Virus record (IMG/VR): IMGVR_UViG_3300007734_000759
Span: 95,436 to 159,435 of that record
Strand: one strand, 5' to 3'
DNA length: 64,000 bases
From: a virus
Position numbers and translations under genes: made by a program. Shown in pieces: positions 21,125-31,352 of the stretch. Every line of letters begins with the position of its first letter. Positions within the stretch are counted from its first letter, which is position 1. The notes below the pieces were generated by a model. The model did no database searches, had not been told where the DNA came from, and saw only the letters and a list, made by a program, of their open reading frames with translations.

Positions 21125-22348
21125 ATGAAGAAATTAACAGAATTAGGAAACCATTATGTATCTGATTTCATTAAAAATGAATCTGATTATGTGAATAGAA
21201 AAAAATACAGTTTAGATGTTTACCTAGATGAAACAATAGGAGCAGCCAGATTAAAAGAAATAGCGCCTTCCGACTCTATGTGGGGGCAATACTGGTACCG
21301 ATCAGGCATTAATGCTACCATGACTAAAGAATTAAGTAGTATAGTTACTGAAATTACATCTAGGATTAAATATAATCGAGGTGATATTTGGTTAGATATT
21401 GCATGTAATGATGGAACTTTACTCAAACAGATACCTAATGACTTTATTAAATTAGGTATAGATCCATGTGATGATTCTTTTTATAAAGAAGCTAGTCAAT
21501 ATGGTACTATTACTCAAGATTATTTTAGTTATAATGCCTATCAAAAAACTGGATATGGAGATAAAAAAGCAAAAGTAATTACAACTATAGCTATGTTTTA
21601 TGATTTGGATAATGCTAATCCATTTATTGAGGATATAAATAAAGTATTAGATGATAACGGTCTATGGGTCATACAGCTATCTTATACTCCTTTAATGCTA
21701 CAACAATTAGCTTTTGATAACATATGTCATGAACATATTTACTATCACTCTTTAAATAGTATCAAAAACTTAATAGTACCTCATAACTTAAAAATAGTAG
21801 ATGCTAGTTTAAATGATGTTAATGGAGGAAGTATACGAATTTATATGCAAAAAAATATTGCTAAAGAATCATCATTTGCTACTGGACCTCTTAGAGATGT
21901 ATGTAATTTTAGAGTTCAATCTTTATTAGAATATGAAAACACTAAATTTGATATCAGCAAACCAGAAGTATGGGAAGAGTTTAATGAAAAAATTACAGCG
22001 TTAAAAGAACAAACTGTTAATTTTATTAAAGAAGAAAAAGCTAAAGGTAAAATAATTTGTGGGTATGGAGCATCAACTAAAGGAAATACATTGCTACAAT
22101 GGTTTGGATTAGATCATACTTTAATTGATGCTATTGCTGAACGCTCACCTTATAAATTTGGATTAAAAACCATTGGAACTAATATCCCTATTAAATCTGA
22201 AGAAGAAGTTAGAGCCATGAACCCAGATTATATGTTAGTTTTACCTTGGCATTTTATTTCTGAGTTTATTCAACGTGAAGATGAATTTTTATCTAAAGGA
22301 GGAAAATTTATAGTACCGTGCCCTCAATTTGAAATTTATAAAAAATAA
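21125..22348 (+). CDS. NDP-sugar C-methyltransferase (class I SAM)
   Basis: DIACNDG, FDNICHEH, GGSIR, YGASTKGNTLL and LVLPWHF. Confidence 0.85.
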   Translation: MKKLTELGNHYVSDFIKNESDYVNRKKYSLDVYLDETIGAARLKEIAPSDSMWGQYWYRSGINATMTKELSSIVTEITSRIKYNRGDIWLDIACNDGTLLKQIPNDFIKLGIDPCDDSFYKEASQYGTITQDYFSYNAYQKTGYGDKKAKVITTIAMFYDLDNANPFIEDINKVLDDNGLWVIQLSYTPLMLQQLAFDNICHEHIYYHSLNSIKNLIVPHNLKIVDASLNDVNGGSIRIYMQKNIAKESSFATGPLRDVCNFRVQSLLEYENTKFDISKPEVWEEFNEKITALKEQTVNFIKEEKAKGKIICGYGASTKGNTLLQWFGLDHTLIDAIAERSPYKFGLKTIGTNIPIKSEEEVRAMNPDYMLVLPWHFISEFIQREDEFLSKGGKFIVPCPQFEIYKK

Positions 22349-22452
22349 AAAATTATGTCTAATAATAATTGGAAAGAATTTATAGGAGAAAATATTGAAT
22401 TACGTGACCATAGTGAAAAATATTTTAATTTATTTACAAAATTTTTATCTTA

Positions 22453-23205
22453 ATGGACCATAGTTTAATAAAAACAATTCTAATAAAACAACCAGCAGGT
22501 TTAGGAGATATATTTTTCTGCCAAAAAATAGCACATGCTTTATATAATAAATATAAATGTAATATTATTTGGCCAGTAATACCAGAGTTTATATGGGTTA
22601 AAGAATATATTCAGGTACCTTTTATACAATTTGTAGATATAGAATCTAATTTTTTATTTAAAGAAGCTTTTGACAATATAAATGATGTTTCTTATATTTT
22701 CTCATTGCAAGATTGTTTAGTAATTCCTCTACAAAGAGCAGACTGGGCTATACCTGGATCAGTTATGGAAGCTAAATATAAATTTATAGGATTAGACTTT
22801 GATGATTGGACTAATTACTTTACAATTAAAAGAAATGTAGAAAGAGAAAATAATCTATATTACAATGTATTAGGACTAAAAGAAGATGAAGAATATGTTT
22901 TCTTAAATAGAAACTTTGCTTCTCCTCCTAATACTAAAAAAATAACAAACATAGAATACTTTGGTGATAAAAAAACAGTTGAAATGCAATTTATCCCAGG
23001 AGATAATGTATTTGATTGGTTAAAGGTTATAGAAAATGCTTCTGAAATTTATACTGTAGAAACTTCTATATGTTATTTTATAGAAAAATTAGATTGCAAG
23101 TCAAAACAAATAAACCTTTATTCAAGAGATAGAGAACTTAATTTTGATTATATTAAAAATATTTTTAACAAAAATTATATATACTATGAAGGTAGATGTG
23201 CCTAA
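22453..23205 (+). CDS. Putative glycosyltransferase (paralogue of 20361)
   Basis: QPAGLGD and VETS; shares near-identical DNA blocks with 20361. Confidence 0.55.
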   Translation: MDHSLIKTILIKQPAGLGDIFFCQKIAHALYNKYKCNIIWPVIPEFIWVKEYIQVPFIQFVDIESNFLFKEAFDNINDVSYIFSLQDCLVIPLQRADWAIPGSVMEAKYKFIGLDFDDWTNYFTIKRNVERENNLYYNVLGLKEDEEYVFLNRNFASPPNTKKITNIEYFGDKKTVEMQFIPGDNVFDWLKVIENASEIYTVETSICYFIEKLDCKSKQINLYSRDRELNFDYIKNIFNKNYIYYEGRCA

Positions 23206-23563
23206 TGGAGAAATTGTAGATAAAATTACAATACTAGAACTTAAGCAAAAACATATAAAAGATCCTATTAAATTATTAAATATTAAAAAAGAATTAGAAT
23301 CTTTAATGGAATATTATCCTTTTATAATAAATGATTCTAACAAAAAATTCTATATAGACTTATATGAAATTAATTCTAAATTATGGAATATTGAAGATCA
23401 AATTCGAAAAAAAGAATACAATAAAGAATTTGATGAGGAATTTATATCTCTTGCTAGAAGTGTTTATGTGTGTAATGATAAAAGAGCTAAAATAAAATAT
23501 GATATAAATATATCTACTTCATCTAATTTAATAGAAGAAAAACAATATTCTTCTTATTTATAA
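23186..23563 (+). CDS. DUF6165-like protein
   Basis: GEIVDKITILELK...LWNIED...LARSVY..ND.RA..K pattern; family assignment is from memory. Confidence 0.6.
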   Translation: MKVDVPNGEIVDKITILELKQKHIKDPIKLLNIKKELESLMEYYPFIINDSNKKFYIDLYEINSKLWNIEDQIRKKEYNKEFDEEFISLARSVYVCNDKRAKIKYDINISTSSNLIEEKQYSSYL

Positions 23564-23575
23564 ATTATAAAAAAC

Positions 23576-24361
23576 ATGAATCAAAAAACAGATATAGTAC
23601 TGCAAGGTCCAATTTGGCCTACAACACTTCAAACTGCTGTTTACTATTTAGAATTACCATTTGTTAGTAAAGTGATTGTATCAACTTGGGAGGAGGAGAA
23701 TATAGAAGACCCGAATATTCCTAATATTGAAATAATTAAATCACCTAAACCTCCTTTTAGACCTAGTGCCACTGGTTTAAATACTATAGACTATCAAATA
23801 TTATCATCATTCGAAGGTGTTAAAAAAACCACTTCAGACATCATAGTTAAAATGAGAACAGATCAAACCATCCACAAAGATGATATGGTGATGATGAACA
23901 ACTTCGTTCTAGGAGATATAGACAACACAGATTTAATCTATGTGGATGGTACAAAAAGAAAAGGAAACGTGTATGTTCTAGGTTTGAATAGAATATTTCC
24001 TTTCCATCCTCAAGATCACGTATTCTGGGGGTATCGAGAAGACGTTCGTAGAATATTTGATATACCTCTTAAACCTGAACACCTAGCTAATGATCCTGGA
24101 TTATTTAGAGACCCATCTTACATAGGAGCAATGTATTTCAAACAATTTTATCCTGAAGTAGAATTATATTTAGATAATTTTAAAGAATACATGATTGACA
24201 ATCCTTCTAAGCTAGATGCTAGAGTCCTTTCTGAAAAAACTAGAGATAAAGTATTTAAAGTCTTTCCTAGGATATACATGGAATGGCCTAAGTATAATTG
24301 CAACTATCCGTACGATTTATACTACCCACAGGGAGAGTATTATTACGAAGATTTAGTATAA
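23576..24361 (+). CDS. WavE-like polysaccharide synthesis protein
   Basis: IVLQGP, IVSTW, KMRTDQ and FHPQDHVFWG. Confidence 0.65.
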   Translation: MNQKTDIVLQGPIWPTTLQTAVYYLELPFVSKVIVSTWEEENIEDPNIPNIEIIKSPKPPFRPSATGLNTIDYQILSSFEGVKKTTSDIIVKMRTDQTIHKDDMVMMNNFVLGDIDNTDLIYVDGTKRKGNVYVLGLNRIFPFHPQDHVFWGYREDVRRIFDIPLKPEHLANDPGLFRDPSYIGAMYFKQFYPEVELYLDNFKEYMIDNPSKLDARVLSEKTRDKVFKVFPRIYMEWPKYNCNYPYDLYYPQGEYYYEDLV

Positions 24362-24364
24362 GAG

Positions 24365-25105
24365 ATGATAACTCTACAAGGACATTCAGGTTGCAATGTT
24401 ACTCTACTGAACCGAGGTGTGGTTAGGAAGACTTCACCTACTGTGGATTATAACGAAAGATTGAAACATCAAATGGAAAAGCAACAGACCTTCTCACATA
24501 GCATCTTGGAAACTCCTCAGGTATATGATTTGGGATACACTACGGATGGTCTGTTTTATTTCGATATGGAGTACATACATGGAGTAAATCTTAACATATA
24601 TTTTGAAAGAGAAAGACTACATCGGTGTCTGGAGATAATAGATTTAGTTACATCCTTCCAAACTACAACTAAGCAGGTGGACATAACAGCTCAAGTTGTG
24701 GATAAAATTCAAAATATAAGACTAGATGAGAATACGAAGGAGGTTTTAATGACTAGCAATTGGGTTATTGATGTTGGATATGGCCATGGAGACTTGACTT
24801 TTGAAAATATTATAGTCAATAAAAATAAAATATATTTAATAGATTTTCTAGACTCATTTGTAAATGGTCCCCTAATCGATCAATCAAAGCTATTGCAAGA
24901 CGCGTTTTGCTACTGGTCCTTCAAGAACCAATCATCAGTACCCAAAAGAAAACTCCTACCAGTAAGAGATAGATTCAACTCTAAACAACACTACTCCATG
25001 CTACTGCTACACTTAGTAAGAGCAATACCGTATGCAAATATAAATAAAAAACAAGAAATAATATGCATGATAAAAAACGTGAAATCGCAAATAAACCAAC
25101 TTTAA
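24365..25105 (+). CDS. Phosphotransferase (APH/choline kinase-like)
   Basis: GHSG, MEYI, HGDLTFENI and LIDF. Confidence 0.75.
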   Translation: MITLQGHSGCNVTLLNRGVVRKTSPTVDYNERLKHQMEKQQTFSHSILETPQVYDLGYTTDGLFYFDMEYIHGVNLNIYFERERLHRCLEIIDLVTSFQTTTKQVDITAQVVDKIQNIRLDENTKEVLMTSNWVIDVGYGHGDLTFENIIVNKNKIYLIDFLDSFVNGPLIDQSKLLQDAFCYWSFKNQSSVPKRKLLPVRDRFNSKQHYSMLLLHLVRAIPYANINKKQEIICMIKNVKSQINQL

Positions 25106-26139
25106 TCATCCCAGCTGCAGGCAAGTCATCTAGGTATCCTAATATGAAACCTAAATGGATGCTGACACACCCATCAGGAAAATTAATGATTGAAAAAGTT
25201 GTCGATGGATTAAAAATAGACGATTATGAGAAAGTCTACTTCGTCGTCTTGAAAGAGCATTGCATCGAGCACGATGCGGCTTTTATACTAAAGCAAGCTT
25301 TTCCTGATGATATCTTCGAAGTAGTGGTTCTAGAGTCCCCAACACAAAGCAGTCCAGAAACAGTATACCAGTGTATTAAGTTACGCGATATTGAAAGCAG
25401 CATTGTGGTAAAAGATTGTGATTGTTTAGTTGAATATGAGATTCCCGATACAACTAATTTTGTTGTAGGTTTGCCTTTAACCGACAAGTGGAATGTTAAA
25501 AATTTACAACAAAAATCATTTGTCATAGCTAACCAAGATAGTGTTGTTCAAGAGATTGTAGAAAAGAAAATAGTATCAGATATCGTATGCGTAGGAGTAT
25601 ACGGAATGAATGCTCAAGATATGGTAAGATCGTATGAGAAACTTTTAAACATACTATCTCGAGAAATGTACTTTAGCCACATAGTTTCTGATATGGTAGA
25701 TACATCCGGTGTGATTTTCAAGACAGTCGAGGCTAACAACTTCGTCGACTGGGGAACGAAGGAGGAATGGTTCTCAACAACTACTATGAAGACCACTTAC
25801 CTATTTGACGTTGATGGGGTGGTGTTGTTCAATACTGGAAAGTATGGAAGAGAGAATTGGTTTAATACCATTAAACCCATAGAGGAAAATATAAACCTAA
25901 TCAAACAGTTGTCAGATGAGGGAAATGAGATTATCTTTATAACATCGAGAACTAAAGATGCGATCGTATTATTTGAGAAATTTTTAGAAGATAGAGGTAT
26001 AACATATAAAACAATAATCCACTCTTGCCTACATTCGAAACGAATCCTAATCAACGACTTTGCAACCAGCAACCCATTTCCAAGTTGCTTAGCTATCAGC
26101 ATCCCAAGAAACCAATCTATAAAACTGTACTTAAAATAA
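25063..26139 (+). CDS. Sugar-phosphate nucleotidyltransferase fused to a HAD-like domain
   Basis: IIPAAGKSSRY...PK and DWGT, followed by FDVDG, TSR and IND. Confidence 0.8.
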   Translation: MHDKKREIANKPTLIIPAAGKSSRYPNMKPKWMLTHPSGKLMIEKVVDGLKIDDYEKVYFVVLKEHCIEHDAAFILKQAFPDDIFEVVVLESPTQSSPETVYQCIKLRDIESSIVVKDCDCLVEYEIPDTTNFVVGLPLTDKWNVKNLQQKSFVIANQDSVVQEIVEKKIVSDIVCVGVYGMNAQDMVRSYEKLLNILSREMYFSHIVSDMVDTSGVIFKTVEANNFVDWGTKEEWFSTTTMKTTYLFDVDGVVLFNTGKYGRENWFNTIKPIEENINLIKQLSDEGNEIIFITSRTKDAIVLFEKFLEDRGITYKTIIHSCLHSKRILINDFATSNPFPSCLAISIPRNQSIKLYLK

Positions 26140-26163
26140 TTTAAAACTTAAACATAAAAAATA

Positions 26164-26811
26164 ATGAACGACCTAAACATCCACTTAGGATGGTTAGCGC
26201 AGATTCCTCAAGATTTAGATTTGGTTCTGGATTTAGGAGCTAACCACGGCGATTTTTTAATTGAGGCTTTAGTCTCACCTTCTGGCAAAAAAAACATTAA
26301 TCAATTCGTGTATTTTGAACCTGATCCCGAAAACTTCAACATCTGCCAATCTCGACTAAACTCCTACGAATTTGCACAGGGTCACAATATTGGAATTTAC
26401 TATGGACATGATCAATCTAGTGTTAATGGAGTAGGAGATAATAACGTCGGAGGTTATATGGTTTCACATATCGATCCTCTATACACAGCGCAGTGGGCAA
26501 CCCCAACAAGCAACCCTTGGAATAAGCACCTAACAACCTATCCAGATAAGATCTTCACTTTAAAACCTCTAGAGACTATCATCAACAGACCAGCCGACTT
26601 AGTGAAGATGGATATAGAAGCTTCAGAGTGGAACGTTATCGAACACTCGACTCTACTTAAAGTTAGTAATTACTTAATGATAGAATGGCATAATATTCCA
26701 AATTACGAAACTGAAGGGATGTCTTATGTTTTCGATTTTATTACTAAACATCTACCCAACCACATTATAATAGATGCTACAAAAGGATATACATTTTTAA
26801 AACTCAAATAA
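26164..26811 (+). CDS. FkbM-family methyltransferase
   Basis: LDLGANHG, FEP, KMDIEASE and IEWH. Confidence 0.8.
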   Translation: MNDLNIHLGWLAQIPQDLDLVLDLGANHGDFLIEALVSPSGKKNINQFVYFEPDPENFNICQSRLNSYEFAQGHNIGIYYGHDQSSVNGVGDNNVGGYMVSHIDPLYTAQWATPTSNPWNKHLTTYPDKIFTLKPLETIINRPADLVKMDIEASEWNVIEHSTLLKVSNYLMIEWHNIPNYETEGMSYVFDFITKHLPNHIIIDATKGYTFLKLK

Positions 26812-26814
26812 CAT

Positions 26815-27474
26815 ATGCAAAAACTAAATTTTCATCCCAACCACGGAATAGATATCAATCCCGAGGAGTTTAATACTAACGTGGGATTATCCGAACTAAG
26901 GAAGATAAATAATCGAGTAATGGGAGGAGGATCCTCTCAAGGCTTTGCAGCGTTCAAGCTATTGGAACATTTAATAGTCTATGATAAGTTCCAGTACGTT
27001 GTGGAGATAGGTTCTCAAAAAGGAGGGATGTCAGTGTACTTAGGAACTATGGCGTGTGCTTCTGAGAAGTTTTTATTTCATACTTTTGAAATTAACAAAG
27101 ATCGTGATTGGTATAATAGAGTAGTTGAAGGAGTGGGCCACTGGTTTGAGAAGATGGAAACTCTGTCCCCATACTGTAAATCATATGAAGGAAACATATT
27201 CTCCTCGGGGATGTACAACCTTATAAAAGAAACGTCATCCAATTACAAAACATTAATTATTTGCGATGGTGGTGATAAAATTAAAGAGTTGGAAATGTAC
27301 AGCGGCGTTCTAAAACCAGGAGACGTTATTATGGCTCACGATTTTCCTGATAGCAGAGGACATGCAGAGATCAGAGATGAGAATGTTAATTACAACGTTC
27401 TTAAAGAATACCAACCTTGGAACACTCGCTTTGTAGAAAATGAAACCCTTTTCAAAGTATTTACCCTAAAGTGA
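26815..27474 (+). CDS. SAM methyltransferase (CmcI / Methyltransf_24-like)
   Basis: VEIGS..GG, ICDGG and LKPGDVIMAHD. Confidence 0.7.
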   Translation: MQKLNFHPNHGIDINPEEFNTNVGLSELRKINNRVMGGGSSQGFAAFKLLEHLIVYDKFQYVVEIGSQKGGMSVYLGTMACASEKFLFHTFEINKDRDWYNRVVEGVGHWFEKMETLSPYCKSYEGNIFSSGMYNLIKETSSNYKTLIICDGGDKIKELEMYSGVLKPGDVIMAHDFPDSRGHAEIRDENVNYNVLKEYQPWNTRFVENETLFKVFTLK

Positions 27475-27475
27475 A

Positions 27476-28297
27476 ATGAATATATTCTCAAACTTCATAG
27501 AGCAAGAGAGATGGGAGAAAGCCTTCGCAGATCTAAAAGAAGTGAAGGCTTCTTTGTTTAACGAGTACCGACCCTCCTTAGAAGAATTAGCGATAAACCC
27601 TATCAACATATTGGTTATAGGTAGCGAACCCAACGAATACTTCGGCAACCATGACTATGCAGTCCAGAACTGGGATCAATTTAGTGTGATTCTAACTTGG
27701 AGTACTAAAATATTAAACCAGGTGCCTAATGCAGTTCATATAACATATGGTGAGAGTTGGTGGCAGGATAATCCATACCAATACGAGGAATGTGAAAAAG
27801 ATTTTAAAGTTTCTTTTTTACGAGGTTCTTTGTTGAAATTGCCTGGACATTTTATTCGCCATGAGGTGTTTGCTAGGCAGAATGAGTTTAAAATTCCTAC
27901 ACAATTTTGGGATAAGTTAGGAGAGAGAGGGGATTTTGAAAAATGGAGACAGGATAAGATAGACTCCTTCCGACCCTACCAATATTCCTTATGCATTGAA
28001 AATTCATCAAGGGATAATTACTTCTCGGAAAAGATCACAGATTGTATTTTAAACAAGACCATACCCATTTACTTTGGATGCTCTAATATTGAGAAATACT
28101 ACAACCCTGATGGAATTATACAAGTGCGTAATGCGGATGAGATCATAAGAGTCTGTAATGAATTAACTCCTGAATTATACCAAACGAAATTAACAGCTAT
28201 TGAAGAAAACTACAATACAGCGTTGTATTATAAAGATTATGTGGGGAATGTTAAGAGTACGGTTATTGATATACTACAAATGAATAATATACTATGA
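27476..28297 (+). CDS. GT10 alpha-1,3/4-fucosyltransferase-like protein
   Basis: YQYSLCIENS...YFSEKITDC...IPIYFG signature. Confidence 0.85.
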   Translation: MNIFSNFIEQERWEKAFADLKEVKASLFNEYRPSLEELAINPINILVIGSEPNEYFGNHDYAVQNWDQFSVILTWSTKILNQVPNAVHITYGESWWQDNPYQYEECEKDFKVSFLRGSLLKLPGHFIRHEVFARQNEFKIPTQFWDKLGERGDFEKWRQDKIDSFRPYQYSLCIENSSRDNYFSEKITDCILNKTIPIYFGCSNIEKYYNPDGIIQVRNADEIIRVCNELTPELYQTKLTAIEENYNTALYYKDYVGNVKSTVIDILQMNNIL

Positions 28298-29166
28298 AGT
28301 CTACTTTAATATGCTTGCACGTAATGCCTCACGAGATTGAACTGTTAGAGCGGTTTACAGCGCAGCTAAGAAGATCTTTTTCCTACTTAGATGAGACAGA
28401 TAGGGTTACTATAAAAGCATCTTTAAACCTTAATCCACTACTCACTGATTGGAGTAGTAGCGAGTTATCTCAACAATACTTCATAGATATTTTTAACGAA
28501 TGCTTCAAAGATATCCCTAACATAAATGAAGTGGTAACTAACACAACTCTTATGGGAACAACTCAACAGAAGAGAGAGTGTATTCTACTACCATACGATC
28601 AATTTATATTCGTCGATACCGATATAGCGTTTTCTGAAACATTATTAAAGTACCAAATTACAGCTGCGGAGCATCTGCAGGGTATGTACGTTGTGATCCC
28701 TCAACTAGTCAAATTGTGGGATGCTAGCTGGGATATGCTAGTGCATGAAGATTATATCGACAAGCCCTACGGGTACTACAATCAACACGATCCTGAGTTG
28801 ACGTATAACCAGCCTGTAGGAGACGTTGCATTAAAACAATTACCTGTTGTTAAGTTTGGATGTGGAATGCATACCTTATACTCTAAAGAGTTTTGGAATT
28901 TTATAGGCATACCTCAATCCTTTGGAGGATACGGCTCCGAGGACTCATTTGCAATGATGGCAAGCGGTATGGCTATTTCTAAAGGACATCAGATCAATCA
29001 ATACTATTTAGAAGGTTTGTATATTACTGAGAATCTCGTAGATAGGACTCCATCCTTCGAAGGAAAGATAGTAAATACATTCCACAAAGAAAAATCAAAA
29101 GAAGCTTCCTGGCAGATAATGAATGAGGAGCTGAGCAAGTTTGCAAACAAACTCCAGGACAGATGA
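28294..29166 (+). CDS. Putative GT-A fold glycosyltransferase
   Basis: FVDTD DxD motif and GGYGSED. Confidence 0.6.
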   Translation: MKSTLICLHVMPHEIELLERFTAQLRRSFSYLDETDRVTIKASLNLNPLLTDWSSSELSQQYFIDIFNECFKDIPNINEVVTNTTLMGTTQQKRECILLPYDQFIFVDTDIAFSETLLKYQITAAEHLQGMYVVIPQLVKLWDASWDMLVHEDYIDKPYGYYNQHDPELTYNQPVGDVALKQLPVVKFGCGMHTLYSKEFWNFIGIPQSFGGYGSEDSFAMMASGMAISKGHQINQYYLEGLYITENLVDRTPSFEGKIVNTFHKEKSKEASWQIMNEELSKFANKLQDR

Positions 29167-30131
29167 GCAGCACCAAGGCATTTATAACAGGAGCATCGGG
29201 ACAGGATGGATCTCTTTTAGCTGAACTATTGCTTGCTAAGGGTTATGTGGTGTACGGATTAGTTAGAGAAAAATCTAGTATTGAAAATTTACAAGATTTA
29301 ATTGATAATCCTAATTTACATATCATATACGGAGACTCTCAAAACAATGATTTGCTTAGGTTTGTCTTGGAGAAGTATCAATTTGATGAGATATACAACT
29401 TAGCATCCCAAAGTAATGTTCGCCTAAGCTACGACAGCCCCATATTAACTTTCAACGTAACCCTACTAGGAACTTTAATACTACTTGAGAATATTAGAAA
29501 ACACTCCCCTAACTCCAGAGTGTTTCAGGCAGGATCATCAGCCATGTTTGGAAACAGTACCGACCCTGATGGATTTCAGAGAGAAACAACTCCTTTTTTT
29601 CCAGTAAGTCCTTACGCGTCCTCTAAGCTATTTTCTCACAATATTTGTTGCAATTATAGAAATAATTACGGATTGTATATAAGTAATGGGATATTATACA
29701 ACCACGAATCTACTAAATCCAAAACATTGTTAGGAGTATTGAATACGATAACAAAGAATGCCGTTGATATTAAAAATAAGAATACCGATAAGTTTCACAT
29801 ACCTAATATCAACATACGGATTGACTGTGGTGACGCAGCGGAATATGTAGAAGCTATGTGGCTTACGTTACAACAACAAGAACCCGACGACTACATAATA
29901 TCAACAGGTGTCACTCACAGCCTTGCTGAGATTTGTGATTATGTGTTTAGCAAACTAGGTTTGGATTGGACTCAACATATCACAACAGACCATCATACAT
30001 CACTTACAGCTTTTGCTAAAGGAGATAATTGTAAAATAAAAAATATAGGATGGAATAAAGATTTCAACATCCACACTCTATTAGATAAATTATTAAATTA
30101 CTATGATACACAACCTGCAAACACTAATTAA
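29163..30131 (+). CDS. Second GDP-mannose 4,6-dehydratase-like SDR (divergent)
   Basis: ITGASGQDG, YNLASQS, SPYASSK and YNHES; the PRRG loop is replaced. Confidence 0.8.
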   Translation: MSSTKAFITGASGQDGSLLAELLLAKGYVVYGLVREKSSIENLQDLIDNPNLHIIYGDSQNNDLLRFVLEKYQFDEIYNLASQSNVRLSYDSPILTFNVTLLGTLILLENIRKHSPNSRVFQAGSSAMFGNSTDPDGFQRETTPFFPVSPYASSKLFSHNICCNYRNNYGLYISNGILYNHESTKSKTLLGVLNTITKNAVDIKNKNTDKFHIPNINIRIDCGDAAEYVEAMWLTLQQQEPDDYIISTGVTHSLAEICDYVFSKLGLDWTQHITTDHHTSLTAFAKGDNCKIKNIGWNKDFNIHTLLDKLLNYYDTQPANTN

Positions 30132-30663
30132 CAACCTACACAGCACTCCCTCAGACATAAATGAACACTTCCCTGCTATACTAAAATATGGAAGTGAGTG
30201 TGATCACATTACGGAAATGGGGGTACGAGGGATTGTTTCTACATGGGGGTGGTTAGCATGTGCACCTAAAAAACTAATAAGTTACGATATAGCTGATCCT
30301 TCCCACTGGGGAGCAAGTATTCAAGATGTATACGACACAGCTGAGGCTTACGGCATACCTTTTGAATTTAGACTCAACGATGTGCTAAAAATTGAAATAG
30401 AAGAAACAGATTTACTATTCCTCGACACAGCTCATTTATATACGCAAGTTAAGGCTGAGCTTGCTCTCCACAGCTCTAAGGTAAGGAAGTATATTTGTTT
30501 CCACGACACAACTTCCTACGAAACTAAGGGTGAGGATGGAATCGAGGGCAATGGTATATGGAAAGCAATTGAAGAATTTATATCTAGTAGCAACGGCGAG
30601 TGGGTACTGCATGAAAGATTTACAAACAATAACGGGTTTGCTATTATCAAAAGAATTAAGTGA
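30103..30663 (+). CDS. Methyltransf_24-like SAM methyltransferase
   Basis: SDINEH, EMGVR..VST, DLLFLDT.H, FHDT and NNNG. Confidence 0.75.
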   Translation: MIHNLQTLINNLHSTPSDINEHFPAILKYGSECDHITEMGVRGIVSTWGWLACAPKKLISYDIADPSHWGASIQDVYDTAEAYGIPFEFRLNDVLKIEIEETDLLFLDTAHLYTQVKAELALHSSKVRKYICFHDTTSYETKGEDGIEGNGIWKAIEEFISSSNGEWVLHERFTNNNGFAIIKRIK

Positions 30664-31352
30664 TGAAGATTCACATTTTCTATAGACATTATAACATAGC
30701 AGGTACAGACGGTAAGCAGAGACCTTCGTGGTTTGATTACGAGAAATGCTTTCAGAATTTACTAAATACTGTGGATGAGAGCGTATCTATAAATATTATA
30801 TATGATGGAGATCTAGGTGATGGAAATTTCATACATAAGTACAGCAAACAAGTAAACAGTATAAAACAAATCACAGGCAAGAGTGACTTCAGATCCTTCC
30901 AGCATACCTGTGAAGCAATAAAGAACAGCCCTCAGATCCATACTAACGATGTAGTATATTTTTTGGAGAATGACTATCTCCACGTCCAAGGGTGGTGTAA
31001 AGAGGTGTTAAATTTATTTCAAACTTATGAAACATCGTACGTCAGTTTGTATGACCATAACGATAAATATTTTCTACCACAGTATGAAGATTTAGTATCC
31101 AAAGTATTCACAACATCAACCCGCCACTGGAGAACAACACCTAGCACATGCAATAGCTTTGCTCTTACTAAAAAACTATTTGATCAGGATTACGATATAC
31201 TTTTGACCATGGAAGGAGACCATAATAAGTTTATGTGGCTAGCTGAACACAGAGATAGGTATGTTGTTACTCCTCTGCCTGGCCTATCGACTCACTGTAT
31301 GCAGCACTTACTTAGCCCTGCGATTGATTGGGAAAAACTAATAACAACATGA
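30660..31352 (+). CDS. Putative glycosyltransferase
   Basis: YFLENDYLH, VSLYDH.DKY and STH. Confidence 0.6.
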   Translation: MMKIHIFYRHYNIAGTDGKQRPSWFDYEKCFQNLLNTVDESVSINIIYDGDLGDGNFIHKYSKQVNSIKQITGKSDFRSFQHTCEAIKNSPQIHTNDVVYFLENDYLHVQGWCKEVLNLFQTYETSYVSLYDHNDKYFLPQYEDLVSKVFTTSTRHWRTTPSTCNSFALTKKLFDQDYDILLTMEGDHNKFMWLAEHRDRYVVTPLPGLSTHCMQHLLSPAIDWEKLITT

